This document shows, in pieces, positions 20,143 to 30,593 of a stretch of DNA of 64,000 bases. The first letter of the stretch is position 1. Each line of letters opens with the position of its first letter. The notes under the pieces are model-generated. The model saw only the letters and a program-made list of their open reading frames with translations. It was not told where the DNA came from and did no database searches. The translations under genes were made by a program, and so were the position numbers. The DNA is from Minisyncoccia bacterium (lineage in GTDB: Bacteria > Patescibacteriota > Minisyncoccia > Phycocordibacterales > UBA9973), in NCBI GenBank assembly GCA_965656375.1, contig CBFHKH010000001.1, positions 708,291-772,290 of the forward strand. The letters run 5' to 3'.

Positions 20143-20721
20143 ATGAAATCAAAACAAGCAAAATTCATACTTATAATAGCCGCAGTCATTATTGTTGTTA
20201 TAGGTCTTGGCTTCCTTACTAATAAAGCACAAGGTCCGGGTACATACGATGAATTCGCAAAAGCACTTAAAGCAGGTGGCGCAGAATTTTATGGAGCTTT
20301 TTGGTGTCCACATTGCCAAGCACAAAAAGAAGAGTTTGGTACTTCTAAGAAATACCTTCCCTATATAGAGTGTTCAAATCCGAACCAGTCAATGACCCAG
20401 GTCTGTAAAGATAAAAAGATCGAAAGCTATCCAACATGGATGTTTAGAGATGGCATTACTCTCAAATCAACTGTTCCACCTACCGTCTGTGATATCAAGC
20501 CAGGTAAAGCAGGTGAAGATGCAGTTTGTGCAAATGCTTCTTCACAGTATTACAAGACATGGGTTTTCCCTGGGTATAAATTCTCTATCAAGAGTCCATC
20601 TGATCCGATCGTTGAGAATGGGGTTTGGAAATTCCCACAAGGCTCAGAAACAACCGGAGAACTACCACTACAATTCCTTGCAGAGCAAATCGGCTTCACT
20701 CTACCAGCTGATACAGAATAA
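20143..20721 (+). CDS. Membrane-anchored thioredoxin-fold protein (DsbA-like)
   Basis: N-terminal TM, YGAFWCPHC, YIEC, IESYPTW; start at MKSKQ. Confidence 0.85.
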   Translation: MKSKQAKFILIIAAVIIVVIGLGFLTNKAQGPGTYDEFAKALKAGGAEFYGAFWCPHCQAQKEEFGTSKKYLPYIECSNPNQSMTQVCKDKKIESYPTWMFRDGITLKSTVPPTVCDIKPGKAGEDAVCANASSQYYKTWVFPGYKFSIKSPSDPIVENGVWKFPQGSETTGELPLQFLAEQIGFTLPADTE

Positions 20722-20722
20722 T

Positions 20723-21271
20723 ATGCCAGCATATGTAGAAACAGTAAATACGTTACTCGCTCTCGGCACAATTGGAATGCAGATACTTATTGTACTGATC
20801 TTTGCCTCTCTTCTCTTTATGCGATCTCGCAATAATGCCATACTTATATTTTTCAATAAGTATGGCTTTTATTGTGGTTTTACGATTGCACTCTCATCAG
20901 TATTGATCTCTCTCTTTTATTCTGAAGTTGTCGGATTTGCTGCATGTGAGCTTTGTTGGGTTCAGAGGTACTTTATCTATCCACAAGTATTGATATTTGG
21001 TTTGCTTATCTGGTGGAAAGAAAAGAAACAGCTTATAAACTTGAGCGGTCTCATCGCGTTCTTGGGAATGTTCGTCTCAATCTATCATGTCTATATAGAA
21101 AATGGGGGCAGTTCAAGTCTCGCATGTTCAAACTACGTCGAGGGAAGCGTCACCTGCGCTGCTCGCTATATATTTGAATTTGGCTATGTCACTATCCCCG
21201 TCATGGCGCTGACAGCCCAAGTGTTTATTCTCGTTCTTATTTTGAACCACAAATACATGGCTCGAACATAA
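20723..21271 (+). CDS. Disulfide bond formation protein B (DsbB/BdbC family)
   Basis: ACELCWVQR, second Cys pair, FGYVTIPVMAL; start at MPAYV. Confidence 0.9.
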   Translation: MPAYVETVNTLLALGTIGMQILIVLIFASLLFMRSRNNAILIFFNKYGFYCGFTIALSSVLISLFYSEVVGFAACELCWVQRYFIYPQVLIFGLLIWWKEKKQLINLSGLIAFLGMFVSIYHVYIENGGSSSLACSNYVEGSVTCAARYIFEFGYVTIPVMALTAQVFILVLILNHKYMART

Positions 21272-21317
21272 TCTACGTATCTATACATAGATTCTCGTTT
21301 GTGCCACAATTATATAT

Positions 21318-23057
21318 ATGCAAGCAGAATCTCGAATCTGTCAGAACTGTAAACAAAATTTCACTATCGAATCCGAGGATTTTTCATTCTACGAGAAAAT
21401 CAAAGTCCCTCCGCCGACGTTTTGTCCGGGGTGTTCACACCAGCGTCGCTTTGCGTGGAGAAATACGCATGCACTTTACCACAGGCCAGATAGTGTAACA
21501 GGGAAGGATCTAATTTCTATCTATCATCCTGATGTGAAGATGAATGTTGTTGATCAGAAATATTGGTGGAGTGATGAATGGGATGCCTTTGAGTTTGGAG
21601 AGGGTATAGATTTCTCGAAACCGTTCCTTGTTCAATGGAAAGAGTTACGGGACAGAATACCATTTCAGGCGCTTTCAAATTCAAAGGCAGTAAACAGTGA
21701 TTACTGCAATGTCGCAGAAGAAAGTCATGATTCGTACCTGTGCTCAGCATCCTGGAAGATAGAACGGACACTGTATTCTGATTCGATTTTTGAGACCAAG
21801 GATTGTATTGATGTATGTGTTGTTCATAAAAGTGAGCTGTGTTACGAAGATGTATATTGTACCGATTCGTACAAATTATTTTACAGCGAGAAGTCAAATA
21901 GTTGCACTGATTCTTTCTTTTTATACGATTGCAAGGGTTGCGTAGATTGTTTTATGTGCTCAAATCTTCGCAATAAAAGTTATTGTTTTCAAAATATCCA
22001 ATATTCGAGAGAAGAATATCATACAAAGGTGGCCGAGTATGATCTCGGAAGTTTTTCTACTATAGAGAAACTAAAAAAACAATTTAAGGACTTAAAACAA
22101 ACGGCAGTGCATAAATATGCAAATATCATAAACAGTCACAACACAACTGGTGATAATGTCGACCATGCTGATAATTGTAAATCTTGTTTTGATATAAGTG
22201 GCGGTGTTAAAGACAGCGCACATACATTTTGGGGAGCAAAGGGATTAAACGAGTGTTACTACTGTGGTCCTGGCATTGGATGGGGCGATACCCTCTATGA
22301 ATCTTTTGATGGCGGTGCGGGAGGAGGAAAATTTGTTGCGACTTCTGTCGTTTATTATTCAACCGAAGTTGAATATTCATTTAATTGCTACAGCTGTAAA
22401 AATTGTTTTGGCTGTATAGGTCTCCGTAATAAATCGTATTGTATTCTTAATAGACAATACACCAAAGACGAATATTTCGAATTACTTTCTAAAGTAAAAG
22501 AACATATGGTTTCTATGCCGTATGTAGATAAGAAAGGAAGGATATATTCCTATGGAGAGTTTTTCCCGATAGAACTTTCTCCGTTTGCGTATAATGAAAC
22601 TATTGCGAATGATTTCTATCCGTTATCGAAAGAAGAAATAATTGAAAAAGGGTATTCCTACAGGGAAAAGGAAGACAAAAAATATACACCGACGCTAGAA
22701 ACTAATCAAATTATGGATAACATAAAAGATGTTACGGATGATATTTTGAATGATATTATTGTCTGTGACTCTTTACCTATTTCAGACCTCTGTCCTAAAG
22801 TATTCAAAATCACCCAAGCTGAACTCGCATTCTATCGAAAGTTCAACATACCTATTCCCAGAAAGTGCTACCAATGTCGACACAAAGAACGTTTTCTTAA
22901 ACGCCCACCGCTAAAACTCTGGCACCGGTCATGCATGTGTGAAAAATCAAATCATGCCCATGAAGGCAACTGTCCGAATGAATTCGAGACGAGTTATGCA
23001 CCTGAGCGGCCAGAGATGATTTATTGCGAGAAATGTTATCAACAAGAAGTTATTTAA
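21318..23057 (+). CDS. Cys-rich hypothetical protein, paralogue 3
   Basis: Same terminal motifs as 12445 and 14419. Confidence 0.85.
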   Translation: MQAESRICQNCKQNFTIESEDFSFYEKIKVPPPTFCPGCSHQRRFAWRNTHALYHRPDSVTGKDLISIYHPDVKMNVVDQKYWWSDEWDAFEFGEGIDFSKPFLVQWKELRDRIPFQALSNSKAVNSDYCNVAEESHDSYLCSASWKIERTLYSDSIFETKDCIDVCVVHKSELCYEDVYCTDSYKLFYSEKSNSCTDSFFLYDCKGCVDCFMCSNLRNKSYCFQNIQYSREEYHTKVAEYDLGSFSTIEKLKKQFKDLKQTAVHKYANIINSHNTTGDNVDHADNCKSCFDISGGVKDSAHTFWGAKGLNECYYCGPGIGWGDTLYESFDGGAGGGKFVATSVVYYSTEVEYSFNCYSCKNCFGCIGLRNKSYCILNRQYTKDEYFELLSKVKEHMVSMPYVDKKGRIYSYGEFFPIELSPFAYNETIANDFYPLSKEEIIEKGYSYREKEDKKYTPTLETNQIMDNIKDVTDDILNDIIVCDSLPISDLCPKVFKITQAELAFYRKFNIPIPRKCYQCRHKERFLKRPPLKLWHRSCMCEKSNHAHEGNCPNEFETSYAPERPEMIYCEKCYQQEVI

Positions 23058-23079
23058 TTAATAATTATTATTTTTATAT

Positions 23080-23493
23080 ATGCTTGTAGAAAAGATCAAC
23101 AAAGGGGATAGTAGCGCAGTGTTTGTATACACCACATGTAGAGACAGGGAAGAAGCTCGCTTAATTGGGCTCGAATGCATCAGAAATAGACTTGCGGTTT
23201 GTTCAGACTTCTGGGAGATAAACTCTGTGTACCCATGGAATGGAGTCATAGAAGAAGTTTCCCAATATATGCTTATGCTTACTACTGAAAAGCGCCTCAG
23301 CCCGGAACTTATTTCATTTATTGGCACGATCCATTCATATACAACGCCCATGATATCAGAGCTTGATGTCGCTCTCATGAATTCAAGTTACAAATTTTGG
23401 GCAGATACTACACTCGATAGCAGAGAAGATTATGTTTTAGAAGAGGATATCAGTAGAGAAGAGAGCAACACCAACATTGAAAAGCTCAAATAG
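23080..23493 (+). CDS. cutA: Divalent-cation tolerance protein CutA
   Basis: VYTTC...EA..I...RLAVC, SVYPWNG, HSYTTP. Confidence 0.8.
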   Translation: MLVEKINKGDSSAVFVYTTCRDREEARLIGLECIRNRLAVCSDFWEINSVYPWNGVIEEVSQYMLMLTTEKRLSPELISFIGTIHSYTTPMISELDVALMNSSYKFWADTTLDSREDYVLEEDISREESNTNIEKLK

Positions 23494-23543
23494 CTCACCC
23501 GGTATAGTTTTATAAAGATTTGATATGATATACTGTACCCAGT

Positions 23544-25292
23544 ATGCATGTTGATGAAAAGACAATCATAGACCTCCTCAATAGTTCAGATCTTGTCTCA
23601 AAGACTGACGTCGCGATGGCGCAGAAAAAAGCAAAAGAGACCAATCAATCAATTGGTGCTGTTCTTATGAGTGATGGTAAATTGACTGAGAAAGACTGGA
23701 ATAGTATGCAGGCGGTATCGCTCGGTATTCCGTTTATTAGTCTCAAGGGTGAACACATCGATCCTGAAGTACTCATGCTCATTCCAGAACCGATTGCTCG
23801 CAATAACAACATTATCGCTTATAAAAAGACTAAACTTGGCCTCGAAGTGGCTATGCTCGATGTCGATAACCTTTCAGTTATCGACTTTATAAAGAAAAAG
23901 GTAGGCCTCAAAATCCTTCCTCGAATGACAAGTTCGGATTCTATAAAAGAAGCACTCACTCAGTACAAAAAAAGTCTCCAAGCTGACTTTGAAGATATCA
24001 TCAAAAAAGAATCAGCATCGATCAAGCCCGTATCCGAAGACGGTGAAGAAAAATCCGAAAAGGAACTTAAAGAACTTGCCGAAGATCTACCAATCGTAAA
24101 AATTGTCGATACACTTATCTCTCACGCAATTCTCCAAGGTGCGTCTGATGTTCATATTGAACCAGGAGAAGCCTCACTTATCGTTCGTTATCGTATCGAC
24201 GGAATTCTTCATGATGCCATGGTCCTTCCGCGTGATACCGCATCGGGGATCGTTGCACGCATCAAAGTGCTCTCGAGCCTTAAGCTCGACGAGAAGCGCT
24301 TGCCCCAAGACGGACGATTCAAGATCGTTAACGATCAGGGGAGTGTTTCGTTTCGTGTTTCAACTCTTCCGACATACTTTGGTGAAAAGACCGTTATTCG
24401 TATCTTGCGGGAGAATACAAAAGGATTTTCTCTCGAAGGTCTTGGATTTCACGGTGAAGCGCTTGAACGTATTCACGATGGTATGAAGCAGCGAACGGGA
24501 ATGCTTCTCTGTGCTGGACCAACTGGTTCGGGTAAGACAACGACGCTTTACACTGTGCTCGATATTTTAAATACTCCAGATGTGAATATTTCCACAGTTG
24601 AAGATCCGATCGAATATCAGATGGCCCGTATCAATCAAACGCAGACAAAAGCCGAGATTGGACTAACATTTGCAAACGGTCTTCGTACGCTACTTCGTCA
24701 GGACCCGGATATTATCATGGTGGGAGAGATCCGCGATGGAGAGACAGCATCGCTTGCCGTCAATGCCGCACTTACTGGTCACCTTGTGCTCTCTACAATC
24801 CATACAAACTCGGCGGTGGGAGCTATTCCACGTATGATCGATATGGGAGTTGAATCGTTCCTCATCGTCTCAACGGTGAAGACTGTGATCGCGCAGCGTC
24901 TTGTTCGTAAGCTTGCTGATGGAAAACAGAAATATTTCTTGAGCCCTGCGGAACGAGAAGCACTTGAGAAAATAGTCAGTCTTGATCGTGTCCTTGGGTT
25001 TCTGAAGAAGGAAAAGATCGTCGGGGATGATGCCACCTGGGATACTATTCCGTTCTATAAGCCAGCGCCAAGCGAAGAATCCGAGAGTGGATTCAAAGGT
25101 CGTGTCGGTATTCATGAAGTCATGAAAGTTACAACCACAATCAAGGAGATGATCTTAAAAGGTGCTCCCGATGTAGAGATTGAGAATAAAGCAAAGGAAG
25201 AGGGCATGATGACGATGCTCGAAGATGGCATATTCCTCGCTGCTCAAGGGCTAACATCTACAGAAGAAGTCCTCCGTGTTGTGTCTGAGTAA
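23544..25292 (+). CDS. pilB: Type IV pilus assembly ATPase (PilB/GspE)
   Basis: ASDVHIEP, RLPQDGR, GPTGSGKTTT, EDPIEY, LRQDPD, GHLVLSTIHTN. Confidence 0.92.
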   Translation: MHVDEKTIIDLLNSSDLVSKTDVAMAQKKAKETNQSIGAVLMSDGKLTEKDWNSMQAVSLGIPFISLKGEHIDPEVLMLIPEPIARNNNIIAYKKTKLGLEVAMLDVDNLSVIDFIKKKVGLKILPRMTSSDSIKEALTQYKKSLQADFEDIIKKESASIKPVSEDGEEKSEKELKELAEDLPIVKIVDTLISHAILQGASDVHIEPGEASLIVRYRIDGILHDAMVLPRDTASGIVARIKVLSSLKLDEKRLPQDGRFKIVNDQGSVSFRVSTLPTYFGEKTVIRILRENTKGFSLEGLGFHGEALERIHDGMKQRTGMLLCAGPTGSGKTTTLYTVLDILNTPDVNISTVEDPIEYQMARINQTQTKAEIGLTFANGLRTLLRQDPDIIMVGEIRDGETASLAVNAALTGHLVLSTIHTNSAVGAIPRMIDMGVESFLIVSTVKTVIAQRLVRKLADGKQKYFLSPAEREALEKIVSLDRVLGFLKKEKIVGDDATWDTIPFYKPAPSEESESGFKGRVGIHEVMKVTTTIKEMILKGAPDVEIENKAKEEGMMTMLEDGIFLAAQGLTSTEEVLRVVSE

Positions 25293-25303
25293 TACATACA
25301 AAT

Positions 25304-26518
25304 ATGAATTTTAAATACAAGATCCAAACCAAAGATAAACAGATCATCGAAGGCTACAAGGATGCACCCGATAAGTTCACTCTTGCTCGTGAATTGCGCG
25401 AACAAGGGAGTACTCCGCTTCTTATAGAAGAATCAAAAGGAAAAGGAGAAAAATCAATATTGAAGATGGATCTTTTTGGACATGTTTCTCTTTCCGACAA
25501 AATGATATTCACAAATAATCTCTCTGGAATGCTTTTAGCGGGGCTGTCTCTGACTCGAGCACTTACCATACTTGAGAAACAATCAAAGAATGTCACATTC
25601 AATAAAATCCTTACTTCGCTTGTTGAAGATGTAAACAAGGGTAACACGCTTTCCGATGGCATGAAAAAATTTCCTAAAGTTTTCTCTGGTATCTTTGTAT
25701 CGATGGTTCACTCTGGTGAGGAATCGGGCGGTTTACCCGCGGCACTTTCTGAAGTCGGGCTCAATCTCAAAAAGTCATATGACTTGAGAAAAAAAGTCAA
25801 AGGGGCGCTCATGTATCCATCAATCATCTTGATCGCGATCTTCATTATTGGAGTACTTATGATGATGTTCGTTGTTCCTACGCTTACTAAGACATTCAAA
25901 GATCTCGGAGGGGATCTGCCTGGTTCGACAAAGTTTGTCATCTGGCTTTCGGATACCATCAGTGAGCACACGCTTTTATTCTTGCTTGCTGTCGCGGTGA
26001 TCGTCACGATTTTTGTTCTTTTTGCCAAGCTTAAGTCAACGAAAAAATACTTTGATTTTATCGTTTTGCGGTTACCGGTGATCGGCACTATCGCCAAAGA
26101 GGTGAATACTGCTCGTACTGCTCGTACGCTCTCATCACTTCTTACATCGGGGGTAGATATGTCTCGAGCGCTCTCTATCACTCAAGAAGTTTTGCAGAAC
26201 ACATACTACAAAGACCTGATAGCTCGGTCAATTGTAAATATAGAAAAAGGTGAACCGCTCTCGACAAGCTTCAAAGAAGGAACAAAACTCTATCCAGTTA
26301 TGATGGGGGAAATGATCGAAGTGGGTGAAGAAACTGGTAATCTGTCCAAAATGCTTATAGATATCGCAAATTTCTATGAGGCAGAGGTAGATAACAAGAC
26401 AAAAGATCTCTCCACAATCATCGAACCGGTTCTCATGGTGTTCATTGGAGGTGCCGTCGGATTCTTTGCTGTTTCTATGATCTCTCCTATGTATTCAGTT
26501 ATGAGTAATATAAAATAA
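25304..26518 (+). CDS. pilC: Type IV pilus platform protein (PilC/GspF)
   Basis: GEESGGL, ALMYP, GEETGNL, IIEP; two GspF domains. Confidence 0.92.
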   Translation: MNFKYKIQTKDKQIIEGYKDAPDKFTLARELREQGSTPLLIEESKGKGEKSILKMDLFGHVSLSDKMIFTNNLSGMLLAGLSLTRALTILEKQSKNVTFNKILTSLVEDVNKGNTLSDGMKKFPKVFSGIFVSMVHSGEESGGLPAALSEVGLNLKKSYDLRKKVKGALMYPSIILIAIFIIGVLMMMFVVPTLTKTFKDLGGDLPGSTKFVIWLSDTISEHTLLFLLAVAVIVTIFVLFAKLKSTKKYFDFIVLRLPVIGTIAKEVNTARTARTLSSLLTSGVDMSRALSITQEVLQNTYYKDLIARSIVNIEKGEPLSTSFKEGTKLYPVMMGEMIEVGEETGNLSKMLIDIANFYEAEVDNKTKDLSTIIEPVLMVFIGGAVGFFAVSMISPMYSVMSNIK

Positions 26519-26522
26519 GAAT

Positions 26523-27002
26523 ATGCATCACATCACAAACAAAGGAATCACTATGCTTGAGATACTTGTTGTCATCAGTCTTCTGGTACTTCTCTCGGTA
26601 GTAACTGTCCCAAGTCTTGTTCGATTTCGAAGCGAACAACTTTTAAACAATACAGCTTCAGATATCGTTTCAATGATAAACAGAGCGCGTAGTGATACGG
26701 TTTCATCACTCAACTCTACGAGTTACGGCGTTCACTTTGACTCGAATCAAGTTGTCTACTATGTTGGCTCTGTATATGATCCGGATATTGTTCCACTAGC
26801 GAACAACAAGATCACATTCGATTCCAGTATTATTATGGCAAGTGACGGGATTAATTTAAATGGGGGCGGAAGTAACGTAACTTTTACCCGTCTTACGGGA
26901 GAGACAACAAACTATGGTACAATTACCATTAGGCTTTCATCTGATGCCGCTCGGCAAAAGGTTATTACTATCAGTAAAGCAGGTTCTGCAAGTTCAAACT
27001 AA
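26523..27002 (+). CDS. Minor pilin (FimT/GspH-like)
   Basis: Prepilin site KG|ITMLE and hydrophobic helix. Confidence 0.85.
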   Translation: MHHITNKGITMLEILVVISLLVLLSVVTVPSLVRFRSEQLLNNTASDIVSMINRARSDTVSSLNSTSYGVHFDSNQVVYYVGSVYDPDIVPLANNKITFDSSIIMASDGINLNGGGSNVTFTRLTGETTNYGTITIRLSSDAARQKVITISKAGSASSN

Positions 27003-27515
27003 ATGAACACTACCCATAGGAAAAATGGATACAAAAATTATTCGAAAGGTTTTAGCCTCATTGAGGTTCTCATTGCATGTGGAATAATATCAGTCTGTAT
27101 CTTTGCACTGATGACTACAGCAACGAAGGGAATTCAACTTTCAAATCAAGCACTCCGTCAGACACAAGCAAGCCTTCTTTTAGAAGAAGGGGGTGAAGCC
27201 GTTAAATCAATTCGCGATACGAACTGGACTACAATTTCGAGTCTTACCGTTGGTACCACATACTACTTGAGTTACAGTACAAGTACTAATACCTGGTCAC
27301 TTGGTACGAGTGTCCAAAGTCCAATAGATTCTCTCTTTACAAGAACAGTTGTATTTACAGCAGTAAATCGCGATTCAAACGATGATATTGTGACTTCAGG
27401 TGGTACGCTCGATGCTCGAACAAAAAAAGTTACGGTGACTGTCTCTTGGCCATCGTATGATGCATCGACTACTTCGCGGACGCTGACTTTTTATATCAGT
27501 GATATTTTTAATTAG
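27003..27515 (+). CDS. Minor pilin (PilV-like)
   Basis: KG|FSLIE; KKVTVTVSW. Confidence 0.85.
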   Translation: MNTTHRKNGYKNYSKGFSLIEVLIACGIISVCIFALMTTATKGIQLSNQALRQTQASLLLEEGGEAVKSIRDTNWTTISSLTVGTTYYLSYSTSTNTWSLGTSVQSPIDSLFTRTVVFTAVNRDSNDDIVTSGGTLDARTKKVTVTVSWPSYDASTTSRTLTFYISDIFN

Positions 27516-27516
27516 T

Positions 27517-28035
27517 ATGAAGATCCAAAAGAAAAGTGGATACAGTATTGTAGAGATGATAGTATATCTGGCGATTTTTGCATTTATGTCTCTTGTTGTG
27601 ATCAATTCATTTATGGTGATCCTCAGATCTTTCAATCATGCTCGAATAAATCGCGATCTTCTTGAATCAGGAGCAACAGCTATGGAGAGAATTTCTCGAG
27701 AACTTCGCAAATCAAAAGTTGTAAATGTCGCAAACAGTTCTTTTGGATCAAACCCTGGTATCCTACAACTCGACAATCTCAATGTTACCGGAACTCCAGA
27801 TTCCATCATACGGTTCACTGTTACAAATGGTGATCTTAACATCACAGAGAATGGAACAGTGATCGGTAATTTGCTTGGGGAGAATGTGAGCGTTACGAAC
27901 CTTATCTTCAGGCGCATTACTACGCCACACGGTGATGCAGTGAAGATCGAGCTTACGATACAGATTGTCTCAGGTGGTATCATTCGAAGCGAGAATTTTT
28001 ATGACACGATATTATCGCGCGGAACTATAAATTAA
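27517..28035 (+). CDS. Minor pilin (PilW/GspJ-like)
   Basis: SG|YSIVE; AMERISRELR; start at MKIQKK. Confidence 0.85.
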   Translation: MKIQKKSGYSIVEMIVYLAIFAFMSLVVINSFMVILRSFNHARINRDLLESGATAMERISRELRKSKVVNVANSSFGSNPGILQLDNLNVTGTPDSIIRFTVTNGDLNITENGTVIGNLLGENVSVTNLIFRRITTPHGDAVKIELTIQIVSGGIIRSENFYDTILSRGTIN

Positions 28036-28038
28036 TAT

Positions 28039-29802
28039 ATGAGAGTATCTAATCATACATATCAGACAAATAAAGGAGCCGCAATGATGATCGTCGTACT
28101 CTTCTTCGTATTCATCAGTCTTACTATTTTGGTGGGTATCATTGCGCCTGTAGTGCGAGAATATAAAATTGCTACAACAACATTTAATTCAAAAAATTCA
28201 TATTTCCTTGCGGAATCCGGTGTTGAAGATGCGCTCTATCGTATAAAGAATAATAAGCAAATTGGTACGAGCGAGACTATCGTTTTAGGTGCATCAAGTA
28301 CAACTACGACCATCACCACTCTCTCGAGCAATCAAAAGCAGATCACATCACTCGGAGACACGAGTTCAAATCAAAGAAAGGTTGATATGACAATCACTAC
28401 TACTCCTGGAGTGTCATTCAATTATGGAGTGCTTGTCGGCCAAGGGGGGATTGATCTCAATGGAAGTGGTACGGTCAATGGAAACGTCTATGCAAACGGT
28501 CCGATCACTGGGGATAGTTCTGCCATCATTACTGGTACGGCTATTTCAGCGAATAGTCCGGCACTTTCTGCAAATCAAACAAATGGTACTGGTACTCCAT
28601 CAAACAACATAACTTTTGCAGATGCCACTGGAACTCAGGATATTGCTCAAAGCTTTCAAGTAACAGTTGAAAGCCCGCTTAACAAAGCTCAATTTTATAT
28701 GAGACGATCAAGCACTGCTCCATCGAATGCAACGGTTAAAATAATGAATGATGCAAGTGGAAGCCCGGGTACTACAGTGCTTGCAAGCGGTACACTTACT
28801 GCTTCTTCTGTTACTACATCGTATGGATGGGTAGAGGTTTCGTTCAGTACAAATCCAGTTCTCGATACTGGTACGACGTACTGGCTTGTGATCGATGCAT
28901 CGGTATCTACTGGTAAATCATATACAATCGGGGCTAATAGCGCCGGGTATGCAAACGGTGCAGCAAAGATTGGAACACAAGGGGGAACCTGGAACAATAC
29001 ATCGCCATCGGGACTCGATTACTATTTCAGTTTATATCTCGGTGGAGTGAATGGGTTGATTGCCGGATCATCGGGTAGTCAGTGGAATCAGCTTCACATT
29101 GGAACTGTTTCAGGTACTGCTCAGGCAAATACAGTAAACTACACCAATGCTACCGGAACGATCTATTGCCAAACAGGTACTGGTAACAATAAATCATGTA
29201 CATCGCAAGCTGATCCTGTGTATCAAACATTTCCCGTATCTGATGCTAATATTGCTGCATGGCAAGCGGAAGCAGTTGCAGGGGGGACTACTACTGGAAA
29301 TTATACTGTGGGCTGGGCAGGAGGAACTCTTGGACCGCGAAAGATCGAAGGAAATCTTACAGTAAGCAACGGAGGCACACTCACGATTACTGGTAATGTG
29401 TGGGTAACTGGCAATATTACTCTTGATGGAGGAGGGATTATCAAGCTTTCATCGACATATGGTACGAGTGATGCAGTGATGGTAGCTGATGGTACGATCT
29501 CTATTTCAGGAGGTGGTTATGCTACTGGATCGGGGACAACGGGAAGTTATATCATGATGCTTACCACAAGCTCGTCTACGAGCGCAGCATCGATCTCTGG
29601 TGGAGCAGGCGCGGTTATTATCTATGCTGCAAACGGTACAATCAATATATCCGGGGGAGCATCACTTAAAGAAGCAACAGGATATCGGATAATGATCTCT
29701 GGAGCTTCAAGTGTGACATATGAATCGGGCCTTTCCAACAACAATTTCTCAAGTGGCCCCTCAGGAACGTGGACAGTAGGTACGTGGAAGGAGACCCAAT
29801 AA
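28039..29802 (+). CDS. PilX/GspK-like tip pilin with large G/S/T-rich domain
   Basis: KG|AAMMIV without Glu5; YFLAESGVEDA; last gene of the pilin cluster. Confidence 0.8.
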   Translation: MRVSNHTYQTNKGAAMMIVVLFFVFISLTILVGIIAPVVREYKIATTTFNSKNSYFLAESGVEDALYRIKNNKQIGTSETIVLGASSTTTTITTLSSNQKQITSLGDTSSNQRKVDMTITTTPGVSFNYGVLVGQGGIDLNGSGTVNGNVYANGPITGDSSAIITGTAISANSPALSANQTNGTGTPSNNITFADATGTQDIAQSFQVTVESPLNKAQFYMRRSSTAPSNATVKIMNDASGSPGTTVLASGTLTASSVTTSYGWVEVSFSTNPVLDTGTTYWLVIDASVSTGKSYTIGANSAGYANGAAKIGTQGGTWNNTSPSGLDYYFSLYLGGVNGLIAGSSGSQWNQLHIGTVSGTAQANTVNYTNATGTIYCQTGTGNNKSCTSQADPVYQTFPVSDANIAAWQAEAVAGGTTTGNYTVGWAGGTLGPRKIEGNLTVSNGGTLTITGNVWVTGNITLDGGGIIKLSSTYGTSDAVMVADGTISISGGGYATGSGTTGSYIMMLTTSSSTSAASISGGAGAVIIYAANGTINISGGASLKEATGYRIMISGASSVTYESGLSNNNFSSGPSGTWTVGTWKETQ

Positions 29803-29830
29803 CCAAGACTTCATATGGTATACTTACCAT

Positions 29831-30589
29831 ATGAAGAAACTCATAGTAGGTAACTGGAAGATGAACCCGCAATCTGGCAAGGAGGCGGTGATTCTTTTTA
29901 AAAGCATTGCTCAATCAGCAAAGAATCTGAAAGGTGTGGATATTGTTATTTGTGCTCCTTTTCCCCATATACCTCTATTGAAAGGGCAAAAGAGTAAACT
30001 CATTGCACTTGGCGCACAAGATGTCTTTTATGAACAAAAAGGCGCATATACCGGTGAAATATCGCCACTCATGCTTGTCGATAGTGGAGTAACATACGCT
30101 ATCGTCGGTCATTCTGAGCGTCGGGCACTTGGAGAAACAGATGAAATAATAAACAAAAAAGTGGCTGTACTTTTGAAAGCAAAGATCACTCCGATTCTCT
30201 GTGTTGGAGAATCTGTCCGCACTCATGATGGTTCGTATCTTCTTGTCGTGAAAGAGCAGATCATAAAATGTCTCTCAGGAATAAACAAGAGTCAGATCAA
30301 AAACATCGTTATTGCATATGAGCCGGTCTGGGCGCTTTCAAGTACAGAGAACCGCCATGATGCAACTCCTCATGATTTTGAAGAAATGAAAATATATATC
30401 CGCAAGATTCTCACCGATATGTGGAGTCCGCTTATTGCTTCCTCTGTACGGATTCTCTATGGTGGATCTGCAAATAAAGATAACGCAGAGAGCTTTCTTA
30501 ACGCTGGCGCTGACGGACTACTTCCTGGAAAGGCAAGTTTGGACGCAAGAAATTTTACTAAGATCATCGAGATCGCACGAAGCATATAA
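29831..30589 (+). CDS. tpiA: Triosephosphate isomerase
   Basis: GNWKMN, GAYTGEIS, GHSERR, AYEPVWA, LYGGS. Confidence 0.97.
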   Translation: MKKLIVGNWKMNPQSGKEAVILFKSIAQSAKNLKGVDIVICAPFPHIPLLKGQKSKLIALGAQDVFYEQKGAYTGEISPLMLVDSGVTYAIVGHSERRALGETDEIINKKVAVLLKAKITPILCVGESVRTHDGSYLLVVKEQIIKCLSGINKSQIKNIVIAYEPVWALSSTENRHDATPHDFEEMKIYIRKILTDMWSPLIASSVRILYGGSANKDNAESFLNAGADGLLPGKASLDARNFTKIIEIARSI

Positions 30590-30593
30590 TAAT

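Noticed and set aside
12445-23057. Diversity-generating retroelement acting on the Cys-rich paralogues
   Set aside because: No reverse transcriptase and no near-identical repeat pair differing only at adenines was seen; the paralogues diverge throughout.
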